A model generated the notes under the pieces. The model did not search any database and was not told the DNA's origin. It worked only from the letters and a program-made list of their open reading frames with translations. This document shows, one piece after another, positions 33,193-44,149 of a DNA stretch of 64,000 nucleotides. Source of the stretch: Patescibacteria group bacterium (GTDB lineage Bacteria; Patescibacteriota; Patescibacteriia; JBDRGY01); assembly GCA_043817315.1 (NCBI GenBank), contig JBDRGY010000006.1:18077-82076 (forward strand), written 5' to 3'. The position numbers and the translations under genes were made by a program. Numbering within the stretch: the first letter of the stretch is position 1; each line of letters begins with the position of its first letter.

Positions 33193-35502
33193 ATGAAAAA
33201 AGAGTTAAGCAAACAATATAATCCCTTCGACGTTGAAGACAAAATTTACCAACAATGGGAAAAATCTGGATATTTTAATCCGGATAAACTGCCGGATGCC
33301 AAGAAAAGAAAGCCCTATTCCATTGCTATGCCTCCGCCCAATGTAACCGGCGACCTCCACCTGGGGCACGCCATTACCCTAACCATAGAAGACGTCTTGG
33401 CTCGCTTTAAAAGAATGCAGGGGTACGCCGCTCTATGGCTTCCGGGGACTGACCACGCAGGAATTTCTACCCAAATAATGGTTGAAAGATTGATCGCCAA
33501 GTCCGGCTTAGACCGCCATAAATTAGGTCGCCAGAAATTCTTAGAAAGGGTCTGGCAATGGAAAAATGAGTATGGCGATATCATTACCAAACAGATTCGC
33601 AAGATGGGCGCTTCCTGTGATTGGTCGCGAGAGCATTTCACTTTAGACCCCAAATTAACCAAAGCCACACAAACTGCTTTTATCAAACTGTTTAACGACG
33701 GGTTGATTTATCGCGGCAATCGTATTATTAATTGGTGTCCCCGATGTGCTTCTGCAATTTCTGACCTGGAAGTGACTCACCGGGAACATAAAACAAAATT
33801 ATGGCACCTTAAATATCCACTTTTACAAAATGGCCAGCCAAGTAATCAATTTCTGATTGTAGCTACGACCCGTCCTGAAACTATGCTGGGCGATACCGCC
33901 GTGGCCGTCAATCCTAAAGATAAACGCTACAAGAAACTAGTCGGGCAAAGGGTCTTGCTACCCTTAATGGACCGGGCCATCCCTGTTATAGCTGATTCCC
34001 GAGTGGATATGGAGTTTGGCACCGGAGCAGTTAAAGTAACTCCGGCTCATGATCCTTTGGACTGGGAGATCGGTCAAAAGCACCGGCTAGAAGCCATCCA
34101 GGTAATAGACGAGAGAACCTTTATCACCAAAAACGGCGGCCGCTACGCCGGGCTGAAAGCTAAAGAAGCACGGCAGAAAATAATTATCGATTTGCAAAAT
34201 ATAAAACTGCTGGATAAGGAAGAAGATTATGACCACTCTATTGCTCGTTGTGAAAGATGCAATTCGGTAATCGAGCCGCTAATCTCTAAACAATGGTTTG
34301 TAAAGATAAAACCTTTGGCCCAGTCAGCTATTGAGGAAGTTAAGAAGGGTAAAATAAAAATCACCCCTAAACGCTTTGAAAAAGTGTACTTCCACTGGAT
34401 GAATAATATCAAAGACTGGTGCATTTCCCGTCAGCTGTGGTGGGGGCATCAAATACCTATCTGGTATTGCCAATCCTGCGATGAAGCTATTGCCTCGGTA
34501 ACCAAACCAAAATCCTGTACAAAGTGTACGGACAAAAAGTTTAAGCAAGATGAAGACACTCTAGATACCTGGTTCAGCTCCGGCCTATGGACTTTTTCCA
34601 CTTTGGGCTGGCCAGCCAAAACCTCTGACCTTAAGCGATTCCACCCCACCGATCTAATGGAGACCGGTTGGGATATTCTCTTTTTCTGGGTGGCCAGAAT
34701 GATTATGCTAAGTCTCTATTTGCACCAGGAAAAACCTTTTAACCAAGTATACCTTCATGGACTAATCCTGGACCGCCAAGGTAGAAAAATGAGTAAGTCT
34801 AAAGGCACCGGACTAGATCCCCTGGTCTTAACTGAAAAATATGGTACCGATGCTTTGAGGATGTCTTTGGTGATCGGAAATTCTGCCGGCCAGGACTTTC
34901 GTCTCTATGAGGAAAAAGTGGCCGGCTACCGCAATTTTTCCAATAAACTCTGGAACGTATCCCGCTACATTCTAATGCAGGAATATAAATGTTGTTCCTA
35001 CGACGCCTCTGCTTTGGCTGACCAGTGGATTATCAGCCGCCTCAATCAAGTAATCGAAGAAACCACCACCAATTTGGAGAACCTCCGTTTCTCAGAGGCC
35101 GGGACTTTGCTATATGAGTTTATCTGGCATGAGTTGGCTGACTGGTATCTAGAAGCAACTAAATTTCGGCCCAATCCTGACCTCCTCTATCACTTATTAA
35201 TAAACGTCCTCAAGCTGCTACACCCCTTCATGCCTTTCATCACCGAAGAAGTCTGGTCCCAACTTCCTCATCAGAACCTTCTGATGATAGAAGATTGGCC
35301 CGTAACTAAAAAGGCTCTAATAAAAAGCGAATCTATTGATCGCTTTCAGCAGTTACAAGGTTTGGTGACTGAATTTCGTAATTATAAAAAGGACCAAAAA
35401 ATTCCGCCCAAGGAAGTTGTCGGGATTAAAAAGATAATACCTGCCAAGATCAAAGATCAGAAAGGGCTTATTGAATTTTTGGCCAACGTAAAAATTGCTT
35501 AA
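33193..35502 (+). CDS. valS: valine--tRNA ligase
   Basis: Class I HIGH (PPNVTGDLHLGHA) and KMSKS (GRKMSKSKG) motifs plus ValRS-wide similarity. Start moved to the ATG after the leader terminator. Confidence 0.9.
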   Translation: MKKELSKQYNPFDVEDKIYQQWEKSGYFNPDKLPDAKKRKPYSIAMPPPNVTGDLHLGHAITLTIEDVLARFKRMQGYAALWLPGTDHAGISTQIMVERLIAKSGLDRHKLGRQKFLERVWQWKNEYGDIITKQIRKMGASCDWSREHFTLDPKLTKATQTAFIKLFNDGLIYRGNRIINWCPRCASAISDLEVTHREHKTKLWHLKYPLLQNGQPSNQFLIVATTRPETMLGDTAVAVNPKDKRYKKLVGQRVLLPLMDRAIPVIADSRVDMEFGTGAVKVTPAHDPLDWEIGQKHRLEAIQVIDERTFITKNGGRYAGLKAKEARQKIIIDLQNIKLLDKEEDYDHSIARCERCNSVIEPLISKQWFVKIKPLAQSAIEEVKKGKIKITPKRFEKVYFHWMNNIKDWCISRQLWWGHQIPIWYCQSCDEAIASVTKPKSCTKCTDKKFKQDEDTLDTWFSSGLWTFSTLGWPAKTSDLKRFHPTDLMETGWDILFFWVARMIMLSLYLHQEKPFNQVYLHGLILDRQGRKMSKSKGTGLDPLVLTEKYGTDALRMSLVIGNSAGQDFRLYEEKVAGYRNFSNKLWNVSRYILMQEYKCCSYDASALADQWIISRLNQVIEETTTNLENLRFSEAGTLLYEFIWHELADWYLEATKFRPNPDLLYHLLINVLKLLHPFMPFITEEVWSQLPHQNLLMIEDWPVTKKALIKSESIDRFQQLQGLVTEFRNYKKDQKIPPKEVVGIKKIIPAKIKDQKGLIEFLANVKIA

Positions 35503-35554
35503 ATATAAAAAAGCCGGAAGGTTAGCCCTACGGTTTTTTTAAATCTAAAATATT

Positions 35555-37279
35555 TTATTGAGCTACTCTGAACACTTCCTCTACCGTTGTGATTCCGTCC
35601 TTAGCCTTTAACAAGCCGTCCTGGACCATGGAAACCATGCCGTTTTGGACGGCTAATTCCTTCATGCGATATTCAGAAACTTCTTCCGATATTATCACTT
35701 TTTCTATTTCTTTGTCCATGGCGAAAATCTCGAAAATTCCGATTCGGCCCTTGTAACCCAAGCTGTGGCAAGCCTCACAACCTTTGCCTTTGTAGAAAGT
35801 TAACTCCTGATTCAAATCAATCTTCTCCCCGGAATTAGTCGGAATGGCCCCCAGAATATTTTTAATTCTCTCCGTTGTAGCTCCGTCCAAATCAACTTTT
35901 TCTTTACAGTGATCGCAAATCTTTCTGACCAGTCGTTGCGCCATTATAGCGTTGAGGGCTGGGGCCAACAAAAACGGCTTAACCCCCATGGCCATAAACC
36001 GAGGCACAGCTCCGGCTGCATCGTTGGTATGAATAGTTGATAAAACCAAGTGTCCGGTCAGAGCTGATTGGATGGCTACTTCTGCTGTTTCTTTATCCCG
36101 AATTTCACCTACCATGATAATGTCCGGGTCTTGTCGTAATATAGAACGCAGTCCCTTGGCGAAATCATAGTCCTTACTGTGATCAACTTGACTTTGGTTG
36201 ACCCCTTCGACTTGATATTCGATAGGGTCTTCCAGGGTAATGATCTTTGTTTCGGGGGTATTTAGCTTATTAATGACAGCGTAGAGAGTAGTGGTTTTAC
36301 CAGAGCCAGTGGGACCAGTTGTAATAATCATGCCATTGGGTTTTTCTACTTCCGTTTTTACCTGTTCATAGGCCCTTCCTCTAATGCCAAGCTCTTCAAA
36401 ACCAATACCTACTGTCGAAGACATTAGCAGGCGCATTACTATGCTTTCACCAAAAGCAGTAGGCAGAGTAGAAACACGTACATCAATTTTCCCATCGGTC
36501 AAATAGATGGTTATCCTCCCGTCCTGCGGTACTGCAGTGATATTGAGTTTTAGTCCGGCCATCAATTTTACCCGGGAAATAATCTTGGGCCAGTCTTGTT
36601 TACGTAAAGTAGCTACGTTCTGCAGAACACCGTCAATTCTATAGCGCACTACTAACTCATTCTCTTCGGTCTCGATATGAACGTCTGACGATTCAGCCTG
36701 GATAGCGCCGGCTAATACTATGGTGAATATCTGTGTGACATTGGTTCCTTTTAGTTTCTCATTCATTTCCCGAAAAGATTTGATACCCTTACGATATTTT
36801 TCAATCTCCTCCTTGGGTATCTCTACTCCCCTTTTGATCTGCTTAGGGATATGAACGTGTTCATACAACTGGTAAGCTTGGTAAAAACTGTGCTCCGAAG
36901 TAAGGAAAATATCAATAGTCAAATTGAAAAACTGTTTCTTTAAGTCCTCTATAATTTCGTTAACACCCGGGCTCTCTGGGTCAACAACTGCCAGTCTGAC
37001 GGCCTTGGGATCTTTAAAAAAGCTGATAATTTTATACTTTTTAGATTTTTCCCGTGGCACCAGCTTGAGATAGTCCGCCGCAATAGGAAACCCCTTAAGG
37101 TTCATATAAGGCAGTCCTCTGGTCATGGCTTCCTGCTCTGTGGCCATTTCTTTCTGCCTCAGGTCCATTTCCGTCATTTTATCGTCAAAAGCATCCTGAG
37201 TCTCCTTGGAGGCAGGGGCAATTTTGGCTTTTTGCGAATTTAGCAGATCGTCAATTGTTTGATCTTGTTTTTGGTCCAT
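35555..37279 (-). CDS. type II/IV secretion-system ATPase (PilB/GspE family)
   Basis: Walker A GPTGSGKTTTLYAVINKLN, Asp box, His box and a C-terminal Zn-binding tetracysteine (CDHC…CEAC). Confidence 0.85.
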   Translation of the reverse strand: MDQKQDQTIDDLLNSQKAKIAPASKETQDAFDDKMTEMDLRQKEMATEQEAMTRGLPYMNLKGFPIAADYLKLVPREKSKKYKIISFFKDPKAVRLAVVDPESPGVNEIIEDLKKQFFNLTIDIFLTSEHSFYQAYQLYEHVHIPKQIKRGVEIPKEEIEKYRKGIKSFREMNEKLKGTNVTQIFTIVLAGAIQAESSDVHIETEENELVVRYRIDGVLQNVATLRKQDWPKIISRVKLMAGLKLNITAVPQDGRITIYLTDGKIDVRVSTLPTAFGESIVMRLLMSSTVGIGFEELGIRGRAYEQVKTEVEKPNGMIITTGPTGSGKTTTLYAVINKLNTPETKIITLEDPIEYQVEGVNQSQVDHSKDYDFAKGLRSILRQDPDIIMVGEIRDKETAEVAIQSALTGHLVLSTIHTNDAAGAVPRFMAMGVKPFLLAPALNAIMAQRLVRKICDHCKEKVDLDGATTERIKNILGAIPTNSGEKIDLNQELTFYKGKGCEACHSLGYKGRIGIFEIFAMDKEIEKVIISEEVSEYRMKELAVQNGMVSMVQDGLLKAKDGITTVEEVFRVAQ

Positions 37280-37368
37280 AGTTTTCTTGGCTACCTAATT
37301 ATAGGATAAAATTGGTTAAATATCAAAAAGCTGCCCGGGTGTTCCTGGCAGTCTTTATATTCTCTCGT

Positions 37369-38499
37369 TTACATATTTTTTCTTAAATTCTCCAATGTTA
37401 CTTTTTCTGCCTCGGCTAAAGTGTGGTTCTTAAGCACAAACTCTGTAAAGTCCTTGCTACCCTTTGGATTAAATTCTTTCAAGATTTGTAGGGCATCAAT
37501 CTTTTCTTCTGTAGAAACAATTCCATGGACATCCCCGTCTCCTTTTTCAAAAAGGATCAGGACTATCTTAGCTTCAGGTGTATTGATAATCAATTCATCA
37601 ATTACTCCCCTAAGGTCGTTTTCTTTAGCACCTGATCGCTCAAAATCTTCTTTGTTTAAAGCTGTCCAGACAACCCTGTTGTTGACGTCGGTTCTTAATC
37701 TGGCCAGTGCCCTACCCCACAGCTTCAAAGTTGAAATTGATTTGGTTCGATAAAGATTTTTGACAATTTCTTCTCGTCTGGCTCCGGAGGCAATTAGATG
37801 GGATGCGATTGACAAGGTTCGAGGAGTCACCTGGGGACTTTGAAAACTTTTGGTCTTGGATATAATGCCAGTCATTAGGTTGGTGGCAATATGTTCGTCG
37901 ATCAATTCTTCTCGGTAATCTTTTAATAGTTCAAAAACAATTTCGGAGGTCGAGGTGGCAGTAAGATCAACCAGGTTAATCTGTCCAAAATATTCATTCT
38001 CCGGGTCGTGATCAATGTTTACAATCGGCTTATGATAAAAGAATTCTCTGTTATCTTCGTATATTTTACCCAGAGAATCTATATCGGGTGTGCTTAAGGT
38101 AAAAATCATGTCATAAGCAAAGCCACCAGAAGAAGTTGAAATATCTCTTTCTTCGAAAAATCCGTTCTTGGGAGTAACGTAAACATTCAATTTATGATCC
38201 TTAATATCATAACTGAGCTCCTCCACTTTAGTTTTGGAAACGTCTAAAGAGATAATAAATTTTCTGAGACTGGATAAATCAGCCATTATCTCTTCACTCT
38301 TGGGCAGAAAAGAGTGAGCTGGCAGTAAATCAAATCCGGCACATACAATTTTGACTCTTTTGTTTATTTTTTCTAAAAATAAAGCAAGGGCCAGTGAAGA
38401 AGCGATGGAATCTGTGTTAAACTTCCTAGCCGTAGCAATTAAAACCGTATTGCTTTTTTTAACAGCCTCCTTGATTTGTTCAAAAATGGAAAGCCCCAT
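37369..38499 (-). CDS. DHH-family phosphoesterase (NrnA-like)
   Basis: DHH-domain architecture with an NIDHDPEN motif variant and a DHHA1-like C-terminus. Confidence 0.7.
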   Translation of the reverse strand: MGLSIFEQIKEAVKKSNTVLIATARKFNTDSIASSLALALFLEKINKRVKIVCAGFDLLPAHSFLPKSEEIMADLSSLRKFIISLDVSKTKVEELSYDIKDHKLNVYVTPKNGFFEERDISTSSGGFAYDMIFTLSTPDIDSLGKIYEDNREFFYHKPIVNIDHDPENEYFGQINLVDLTATSTSEIVFELLKDYREELIDEHIATNLMTGIISKTKSFQSPQVTPRTLSIASHLIASGARREEIVKNLYRTKSISTLKLWGRALARLRTDVNNRVVWTALNKEDFERSGAKENDLRGVIDELIINTPEAKIVLILFEKGDGDVHGIVSTEEKIDALQILKEFNPKGSKDFTEFVLKNHTLAEAEKVTLENLRKNM

Positions 38500-38618
38500 A
38501 TTATAAATAGGCAGGCAACGTCTGCCTAGGTAATGATTTAATTTTGATTTATCAGCATACCTAAATATTAAATGGCTGTCAAGATATATTTCCGGGATAA
38601 AGTAAAATCTCTTAAAAA

Positions 38619-39098
38619 ATGGCTAAGATTAGGCAAAAAATCACAAAAAGCGCTCTCCAAACCCAGGATTTTGGGCTAAGATTGGCTAAAAGGATCCCCA
38701 AAGGGACTATCTTGGCCTTGTCAGGTGATTTAGGTGGAGGCAAAACCTGCTTCACCCAAGGACTGGGTAAGGGCCTTGGGATAAAACAGCCGATTTTAAG
38801 CCCCAGCTTTGTTATCACTAAAGTTTTTCCTGTTAACAGAAAGGGGTATCGTAACTTGTATCACCTTGATCTCTATCGTCTTCGGAAAGCGCAAATCGAT
38901 AAACAGTCTTTGATGGAGATTATAAACGACCAAAATTCCATATCAGCCATTGAATGGGCGGAAAAAATCAAAGATTGGCTACCCCAATCCCGTACCATCT
39001 ATCTGCAATTTGATTATTTGGATCAGGAGCGACGTAGCCTTAAAATGAAGGCTTTTTCCAAGCCCCTTGACAAAATACTAAAATTGGCGTATAATTAA
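38619..39098 (+). CDS. tsaE: tRNA threonylcarbamoyladenosine biosynthesis protein TsaE
   Basis: P-loop LSGDLGGGKTCFTQG and HLDLYRL motif, typical of YjeE/TsaE. Confidence 0.8.
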   Translation: MAKIRQKITKSALQTQDFGLRLAKRIPKGTILALSGDLGGGKTCFTQGLGKGLGIKQPILSPSFVITKVFPVNRKGYRNLYHLDLYRLRKAQIDKQSLMEIINDQNSISAIEWAEKIKDWLPQSRTIYLQFDYLDQERRSLKMKAFSKPLDKILKLAYN

Positions 39099-39109
39099 GA
39101 TAAGAAAAT

Positions 39110-39143
39110 GGAAATCTAGGGGTGACTCCGGATTTCCTTTTTT
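39110..39143 (+). terminator. intrinsic terminator after tsaE
   Basis: GGAAATC-(14 nt)-GATTTCC followed by TTTTTT. Confidence 0.45.
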
Positions 39144-39166
39144 AAATGTGTATATAGGCAATATCA

Positions 39167-42100
39167 ATGTTACGATTCATGAAAAACACTCGGGCAAAAT
39201 TAATTGATTTTGCTGCCAACAACAAGTGTAAAAAAGAAAGCGCTAAACATCTAACCTGGCCTATTTGTAGTGTGGCCAGTTTCTTTTTGGGTATTGCTAC
39301 CTTTGTGGTCAATTTTTTTATTGTCTTATTGACCATTCCTTTCTCTATGGTCTACACCCCAACTAAAGGTTTTCAGAAACTGGGACGGCACAACGGTAAA
39401 GGATACTTCTTCGATTCCTATACTCGCTATCTCAGATTTCATCGCGCCTCTATAGGAACTGTTGTAGCCGTCATCGTAGTAGTTGCCGCCAAAGTTATTC
39501 TAACCTTTGTGGCCCTGCATCCCGACGTTATCGGAGCTAAGGGAGGAGGGGAGCCTCCAGTCAATCCTGGCTGTGAAGTGGTTACGATATATACTAATGA
39601 GCCCAGCTCCGCTCAAACCATTGAGCAAGGTGACACCTTTACCCTCTCTGGTCATTTTTGTAACGCTGATATTGATGACCTTTGTGCTGTTTGCGGTTAT
39701 GACCAGCCGGTTTGGGGTCGTTTCAGGCTTAGTGGCGGTGGTTGGGGTACTATTACCACTTCTTCTGCGCTTAAAACCAGTGGCAGTAATTACTCTGCTG
39801 ATTACGGCTCTTCAGGGGATACTATGGGTATGGGCTGCTATTGCCAAAACTATGATGCTGAGTGGTCCAGAACTGTTACCGCTAACACCGGATCTGAAGG
39901 AAAAGTTTATGAAGTAAGATTTCGTCTACAAAATGGTTCAGTAATCCCCGAGGAATATCACTACTCAAGCGCCAAGACTATTAATATCTTACCTCTAGCT
40001 CCTACCAACTTTACTCATAGCGCTAACACTACTTCATCTATCACCTGGTCCTGGGCTGATGCTTCTGCCAATGAAACCGGTTACTACGTCCAGAATGCCG
40101 GTGACACTAATCTTTCGGCTGATTTAGGTGCTAATGCCAGCTCCTGGCAAGAAACTAGCCTATCTCCCAACACCCAATACACCCGCCACAGTAATGTCTA
40201 CGCCGCTTCCGGGGATAACGATAGTAATCAGCTATCTGCTTATACCGCCATCGAAACCCCGACCGGGGTGGCGATCGGCACTACCACCAGTACCGCTGTC
40301 ACCCTGTCAGCCTCCGGTACTTTGTCCTATTTAGCCAGTGGCAGTTCTGGACTATACTTTAGTGAAACTGTTACCAACACTAATTCCAACTGGACCCAAA
40401 CCAATTCCTGGCAAAAAACAGGTCTGTCGCCCAACACTGCATACACCTTTAAAGTAAAGGCGAGGAACGGTGATAGTGATGTGACTGCTGAAACAGCCAC
40501 TAGCAGCGTCAGAACTCTGTCTCCGGCCCCTGATGTTTCTTCAGATCGCAATACTCAAACTTGGTACAAAACAGGGAACTTTACCTTTACTAATGATTTA
40601 GGCTTCGGAGAAGGAGCGGTTGGTTATTATCGTTATTCCTGGAAAAAATCCGCTACTCACTCCTGGACTGGCAGTGAAACCCAATGGAACAGTGGCAGCC
40701 TTGGCCTGGCCGCCACCAGTGCGGGCTCTTGGTATCTACACCTGAAATCTTACAACGATGACGACGTGGCCAATAGTACTGAAACATATGGGCCATACTA
40801 TTTTGATAATGTTGTTCCAACCATTACCAGCTACGAACCAACACTCGACGCTACAACCACTACTAGCCAACCACCTGTTATTAACGTTGATTTCTCTAAA
40901 ACAGGTGGCAATAGCACTTCTACCCTTAGTAACTTCGCCATCAGGGGCAGAACCACCAAGGGAATAGTTCAAGCTATCTGGACCACTGTCGCTCAAAATA
41001 TTAACGCCAAAACTTATTCAAATAACTGGACCGTTCCTCGGACTTTTTTCAACTCGTTAAAGGAAGGCGTTAACGTAATCGATATAAAGGTTACCGACAA
41101 AGCGGGTAACGTAACCACTGAGGAGGCTGTCTTTTATATTATCAAGGACACTCTTGGTCCTGAAATTTCTCTGATCGCTGTTGCTGCCATTACTAACGCG
41201 GCCACTATTACCTGGACCACTGATGAGGCCGCCACCAGCCAACTGGAGTGGGGGAGTAGCAATGCCCTTGGTTATTTAACTACCGCTACGGATGAATATG
41301 TTACTAGTCATTCGGTTATTTTAACCGGCCTGGATGAAAATACCAGCTACTTTTTCAAGTGCCATTCGACTGACCAACAGGGCCAGGAAAGCACTTCCAG
41401 TATTTATCCCTTTACTACGGCCGAGCTGCCAGCCTTACTCATCTCGGATGTTCTAGTAGTCGACGCTACCGACACTACAGTCGTTGTCACCTGGACAACT
41501 GACCGGGCTGCTGCCTCCAAAGTACGCTATGGTACCACTACTGATTTCGGAGAAACTGTTCAAGACACTGAATATGTTACTGATCATTCTATTTCTTTGA
41601 CCGACCTAGAGCCCAACACTCAATATTACTACGAAGTTATTAGTTGGGATGCTGACGGAATTTATGCCTACGATTCTTACGCCACCTTCTCTACCGGAGA
41701 GACAGTGGTGACCCCTGAAGAATTTGAAGAAACTGCTCCGGAACTAGAAGAAATTACTGTTAACGATTCAGAGTTGCCTTGCGATTCTGTTTCAAAGAAC
41801 GAATCTAGGCCACTAATTAGACAACGCGACGTTACTCTTGAGGGGAAGACCACCCCCTTCGCCACTGTAGTCGTAGAGCTTTTCTCTGATCCTGTAATCA
41901 CCACGGTAACTGCTGACGCTAACGGATATTGGTCAGCCACTTTTGTAAATGTTTCTTTGGGTGAACATAAAGTATTTATTACCGTTTCTAAAAATAGTAT
42001 CACTATAGAAAAGAAGGTGGGCTCTTTCATTGTTTATAATCCAGCTGCAACAATTGTTTATCCGGTTGATGAAATAGAGATCGTTGAACAGAGACCATTA

Positions 42101-42805
42101 ATAAAGGGTCTGGCAAAATCCGGATACCGAGTCAATATTTATCTAGACGGCAACCTCAACGGCTACACCACGGCCACTACCCACTCTTCAGGCACTGGCT
42201 CTTTTGCCTATCAGCCGCCCGAAGATCTTGGCATCGGCTGTCACCAACTTTATACAATCTCTGTAGACAATAATGGTATCGCTTCTGACACTTCTGATAC
42301 TATTTCTTTTTGTATCTTTCCTCCTTTTATCTCTCCGGCTGTTTTTGACCCCAATATTGATGCTGCGGCTCCTCCCAATATCACCCTTACCGGCTTGGCT
42401 CATAACGGATCAACTATTCTGGTCTATTTGGATGACAGCCTTTATGGTAGTTTTGAGGTTACTGATCATCCCTCGGGAACTGCCTATTTCTCCTATACGC
42501 TGTCTACTAATAGCGATCTTGCATCTGGCAATCATTCGATCTACCTGGTAGCAACTGATGCTGTCGGTAGATCTTCTTTACCCTCTCGTACTATTTCTTT
42601 CAACAAGCCTTCGACCACTTCTGTTACCGCTACCGATTCTCTTGTCTACACTGTACAAGCAAGGGATAGTCTCTGGAATATTGCCCAAAGCTATTACGGT
42701 GATGGTAAATTGTATCAACGTTTAATCGATAATAACAAAGAACAATACCCCGCTTTACTAAATAATCCCGGTGTCATCCAGGCTGGCTGGCGTTTATTGC
42801 TATAA
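39167..42805 (+). CDS. large membrane-anchored surface protein with fibronectin-III/Ig-like repeats and a C-terminal LysM domain
   Basis: N-terminal TM helix. Multiple Fn3-like repeats (…SITWSWADASANETGYYV…, …TITWTTDEAATSQLEWG…SYFFKCHS…, …VVVTWTTDRAAASKVRYG…QYYYEV…). C-terminal LysM (YTVQARDSLWNIAQSYYGDGKLYQRLIDNN). Confidence 0.6.
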   Translation: MLRFMKNTRAKLIDFAANNKCKKESAKHLTWPICSVASFFLGIATFVVNFFIVLLTIPFSMVYTPTKGFQKLGRHNGKGYFFDSYTRYLRFHRASIGTVVAVIVVVAAKVILTFVALHPDVIGAKGGGEPPVNPGCEVVTIYTNEPSSAQTIEQGDTFTLSGHFCNADIDDLCAVCGYDQPVWGRFRLSGGGWGTITTSSALKTSGSNYSADYGSSGDTMGMGCYCQNYDAEWSRTVTANTGSEGKVYEVRFRLQNGSVIPEEYHYSSAKTINILPLAPTNFTHSANTTSSITWSWADASANETGYYVQNAGDTNLSADLGANASSWQETSLSPNTQYTRHSNVYAASGDNDSNQLSAYTAIETPTGVAIGTTTSTAVTLSASGTLSYLASGSSGLYFSETVTNTNSNWTQTNSWQKTGLSPNTAYTFKVKARNGDSDVTAETATSSVRTLSPAPDVSSDRNTQTWYKTGNFTFTNDLGFGEGAVGYYRYSWKKSATHSWTGSETQWNSGSLGLAATSAGSWYLHLKSYNDDDVANSTETYGPYYFDNVVPTITSYEPTLDATTTTSQPPVINVDFSKTGGNSTSTLSNFAIRGRTTKGIVQAIWTTVAQNINAKTYSNNWTVPRTFFNSLKEGVNVIDIKVTDKAGNVTTEEAVFYIIKDTLGPEISLIAVAAITNAATITWTTDEAATSQLEWGSSNALGYLTTATDEYVTSHSVILTGLDENTSYFFKCHSTDQQGQESTSSIYPFTTAELPALLISDVLVVDATDTTVVVTWTTDRAAASKVRYGTTTDFGETVQDTEYVTDHSISLTDLEPNTQYYYEVISWDADGIYAYDSYATFSTGETVVTPEEFEETAPELEEITVNDSELPCDSVSKNESRPLIRQRDVTLEGKTTPFATVVVELFSDPVITTVTADANGYWSATFVNVSLGEHKVFITVSKNSITIEKKVGSFIVYNPAATIVYPVDEIEIVEQRPLIKGLAKSGYRVNIYLDGNLNGYTTATTHSSGTGSFAYQPPEDLGIGCHQLYTISVDNNGIASDTSDTISFCIFPPFISPAVFDPNIDAAAPPNITLTGLAHNGSTILVYLDDSLYGSFEVTDHPSGTAYFSYTLSTNSDLASGNHSIYLVATDAVGRSSLPSRTISFNKPSTTSVTATDSLVYTVQARDSLWNIAQSYYGDGKLYQRLIDNNKEQYPALLNNPGVIQAGWRLLL

Positions 42806-42853
42806 AAAAGCACCCCATTATGAGGTGAGTGGCCATTAGTAATTTCTAAATAT

Positions 42854-43132
42854 CTATACGGACAGGGCAGCAGCTTTCTCGGCAACTGCCTCTTTTTGTT
42901 TTATTACCAGGTCGTCAACTACCATCTTCTTGTCGTCAATAGATACAACCTGACCAGAATCGATTATTAATTCTTTTTCTATTAATTCTTTAATTATATT
43001 CTCTCCTTTTACGTAGTATCTCACAATCTCCTGCATTTCTGCATTGAATTCGAAATCAACTATCCGACCCAGTTTCTTTCCGGACTTGGTAAAGACGGGC
43101 AAATTAAGTAGCTGGTTCTTTTTTAGGTTCAT
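42854..43132 (-). CDS. PRC-barrel domain protein (YlmC/YmxH-like)
   Basis: 92-aa protein with the PRC-barrel-like core LPVFTKSGKKLGRIVDFEF…DSGQVVSIDDKKMVV. Confidence 0.5.
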   Translation of the reverse strand: MNLKKNQLLNLPVFTKSGKKLGRIVDFEFNAEMQEIVRYYVKGENIIKELIEKELIIDSGQVVSIDDKKMVVDDLVIKQKEAVAEKAAALSV

Positions 43133-43889
43133 CTTGACCTGCCTTTTTTTTACGGCGTAAGAAGTAATATTGTTGCCCTACCATAAATAAAGTTGAAAAC
43201 ATCCAATATAAGGTTAACCCCGCCGGGAAGGTAAACCCAATAAACAGGGTTAAAATTGGCCCGAAATACAGCATTTGTTTTCCCATGCTGGCGGCCATTC
43301 CTTCATCTTTGGCGCCTGGTATTTTGGGCACTTTCTTTCTAACCATGATCATTTTCGACTGCCAGAATTGGAAGCCAGCGGCCAGGATAGCAAACCCCCA
43401 AAAGGGGTTGGCCAACTCTACCAGTCCCAGAAATTTAGTGGAAATTGCTGTGGTAGTAAAGTAGTCTCGCAACGGGCCGTACAAATGAGCCAACTGATCG
43501 CCAACCAGGATACCCGTTTCCGGATCTGTATTTAGCCCCCCCATAAATACACGGAATAAAGCTAAAAGAATCGGAAGTTGTATAAGAAGAGGGAGGCAGG
43601 AAGAAAAGGGATTTACTTTATTCTGCTTATACACCTGCATTAATTCACGGCTTTGTTGTTCTTTGTTGTCTTTGTACTTCTTTTTTATTTCGTCGATCTT
43701 AGGTTGGATGTCCTGCATTGCCTTTTGCGATTTTATGGAAGAAAGTGACGGGAAGAACAGGACAAATTTGATAATAATAGTCACAAATATTATGGCCACA
43801 CCTAAGTCGTGTCCTGGTATTGATTTATAAAAAAGCATCAATAGATTTAGGAGTGGTTCGTATAAAATTGTGTTAAATAATTCTATCAT
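43104..43889 (-). CDS. yidC: membrane protein insertase YidC (short form)
   Basis: Five TM helices with the conserved C-terminal block …TLYWMFSTLFMVGQQY and a basic tail. Confidence 0.8.
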   Translation of the reverse strand: MIELFNTILYEPLLNLLMLFYKSIPGHDLGVAIIFVTIIIKFVLFFPSLSSIKSQKAMQDIQPKIDEIKKKYKDNKEQQSRELMQVYKQNKVNPFSSCLPLLIQLPILLALFRVFMGGLNTDPETGILVGDQLAHLYGPLRDYFTTTAISTKFLGLVELANPFWGFAILAAGFQFWQSKMIMVRKKVPKIPGAKDEGMAASMGKQMLYFGPILTLFIGFTFPAGLTLYWMFSTLFMVGQQYYFLRRKKKAGQDEPKKEPAT

Positions 43890-43893
43890 TTTT

Positions 43894-44145
43894 TTACTTT
43901 ACCGGATCATAGCCTCCCTTGGAAAAGGGGTTGCAGCGTAGCACCCGCCATGCCGCCTTGGTTGCTCCTTTGATTATACCGTATTTGGCAATTGCCTGGA
44001 TAGCGTATTCCGAGCAAGTAGGTGAGTAGCGGCAATAACCGTCCGGAAAATAGTGGCGCGGATAGCCGTGGTCAAAAGACAACGTCTTTTGATAAAACCG
44101 GATTATTTTTATTAAGAAATTTTTTATATAGTCGTTAATAAACAT
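43894..44145 (-). CDS. yidD: membrane protein insertion efficiency factor YidD
   Basis: Conserved Cys signature IRFYQKTLS…[19 protein letters not shown]. Confidence 0.85.
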   Translation of the reverse strand: MFINDYIKNFLIKIIRFYQKTLSFDHGYPRHYFPDGYCRYSPTCSEYAIQAIAKYGIIKGATKAAWRVLRCNPFSKGGYDPVK

Positions 44146-44149
44146 CTTA

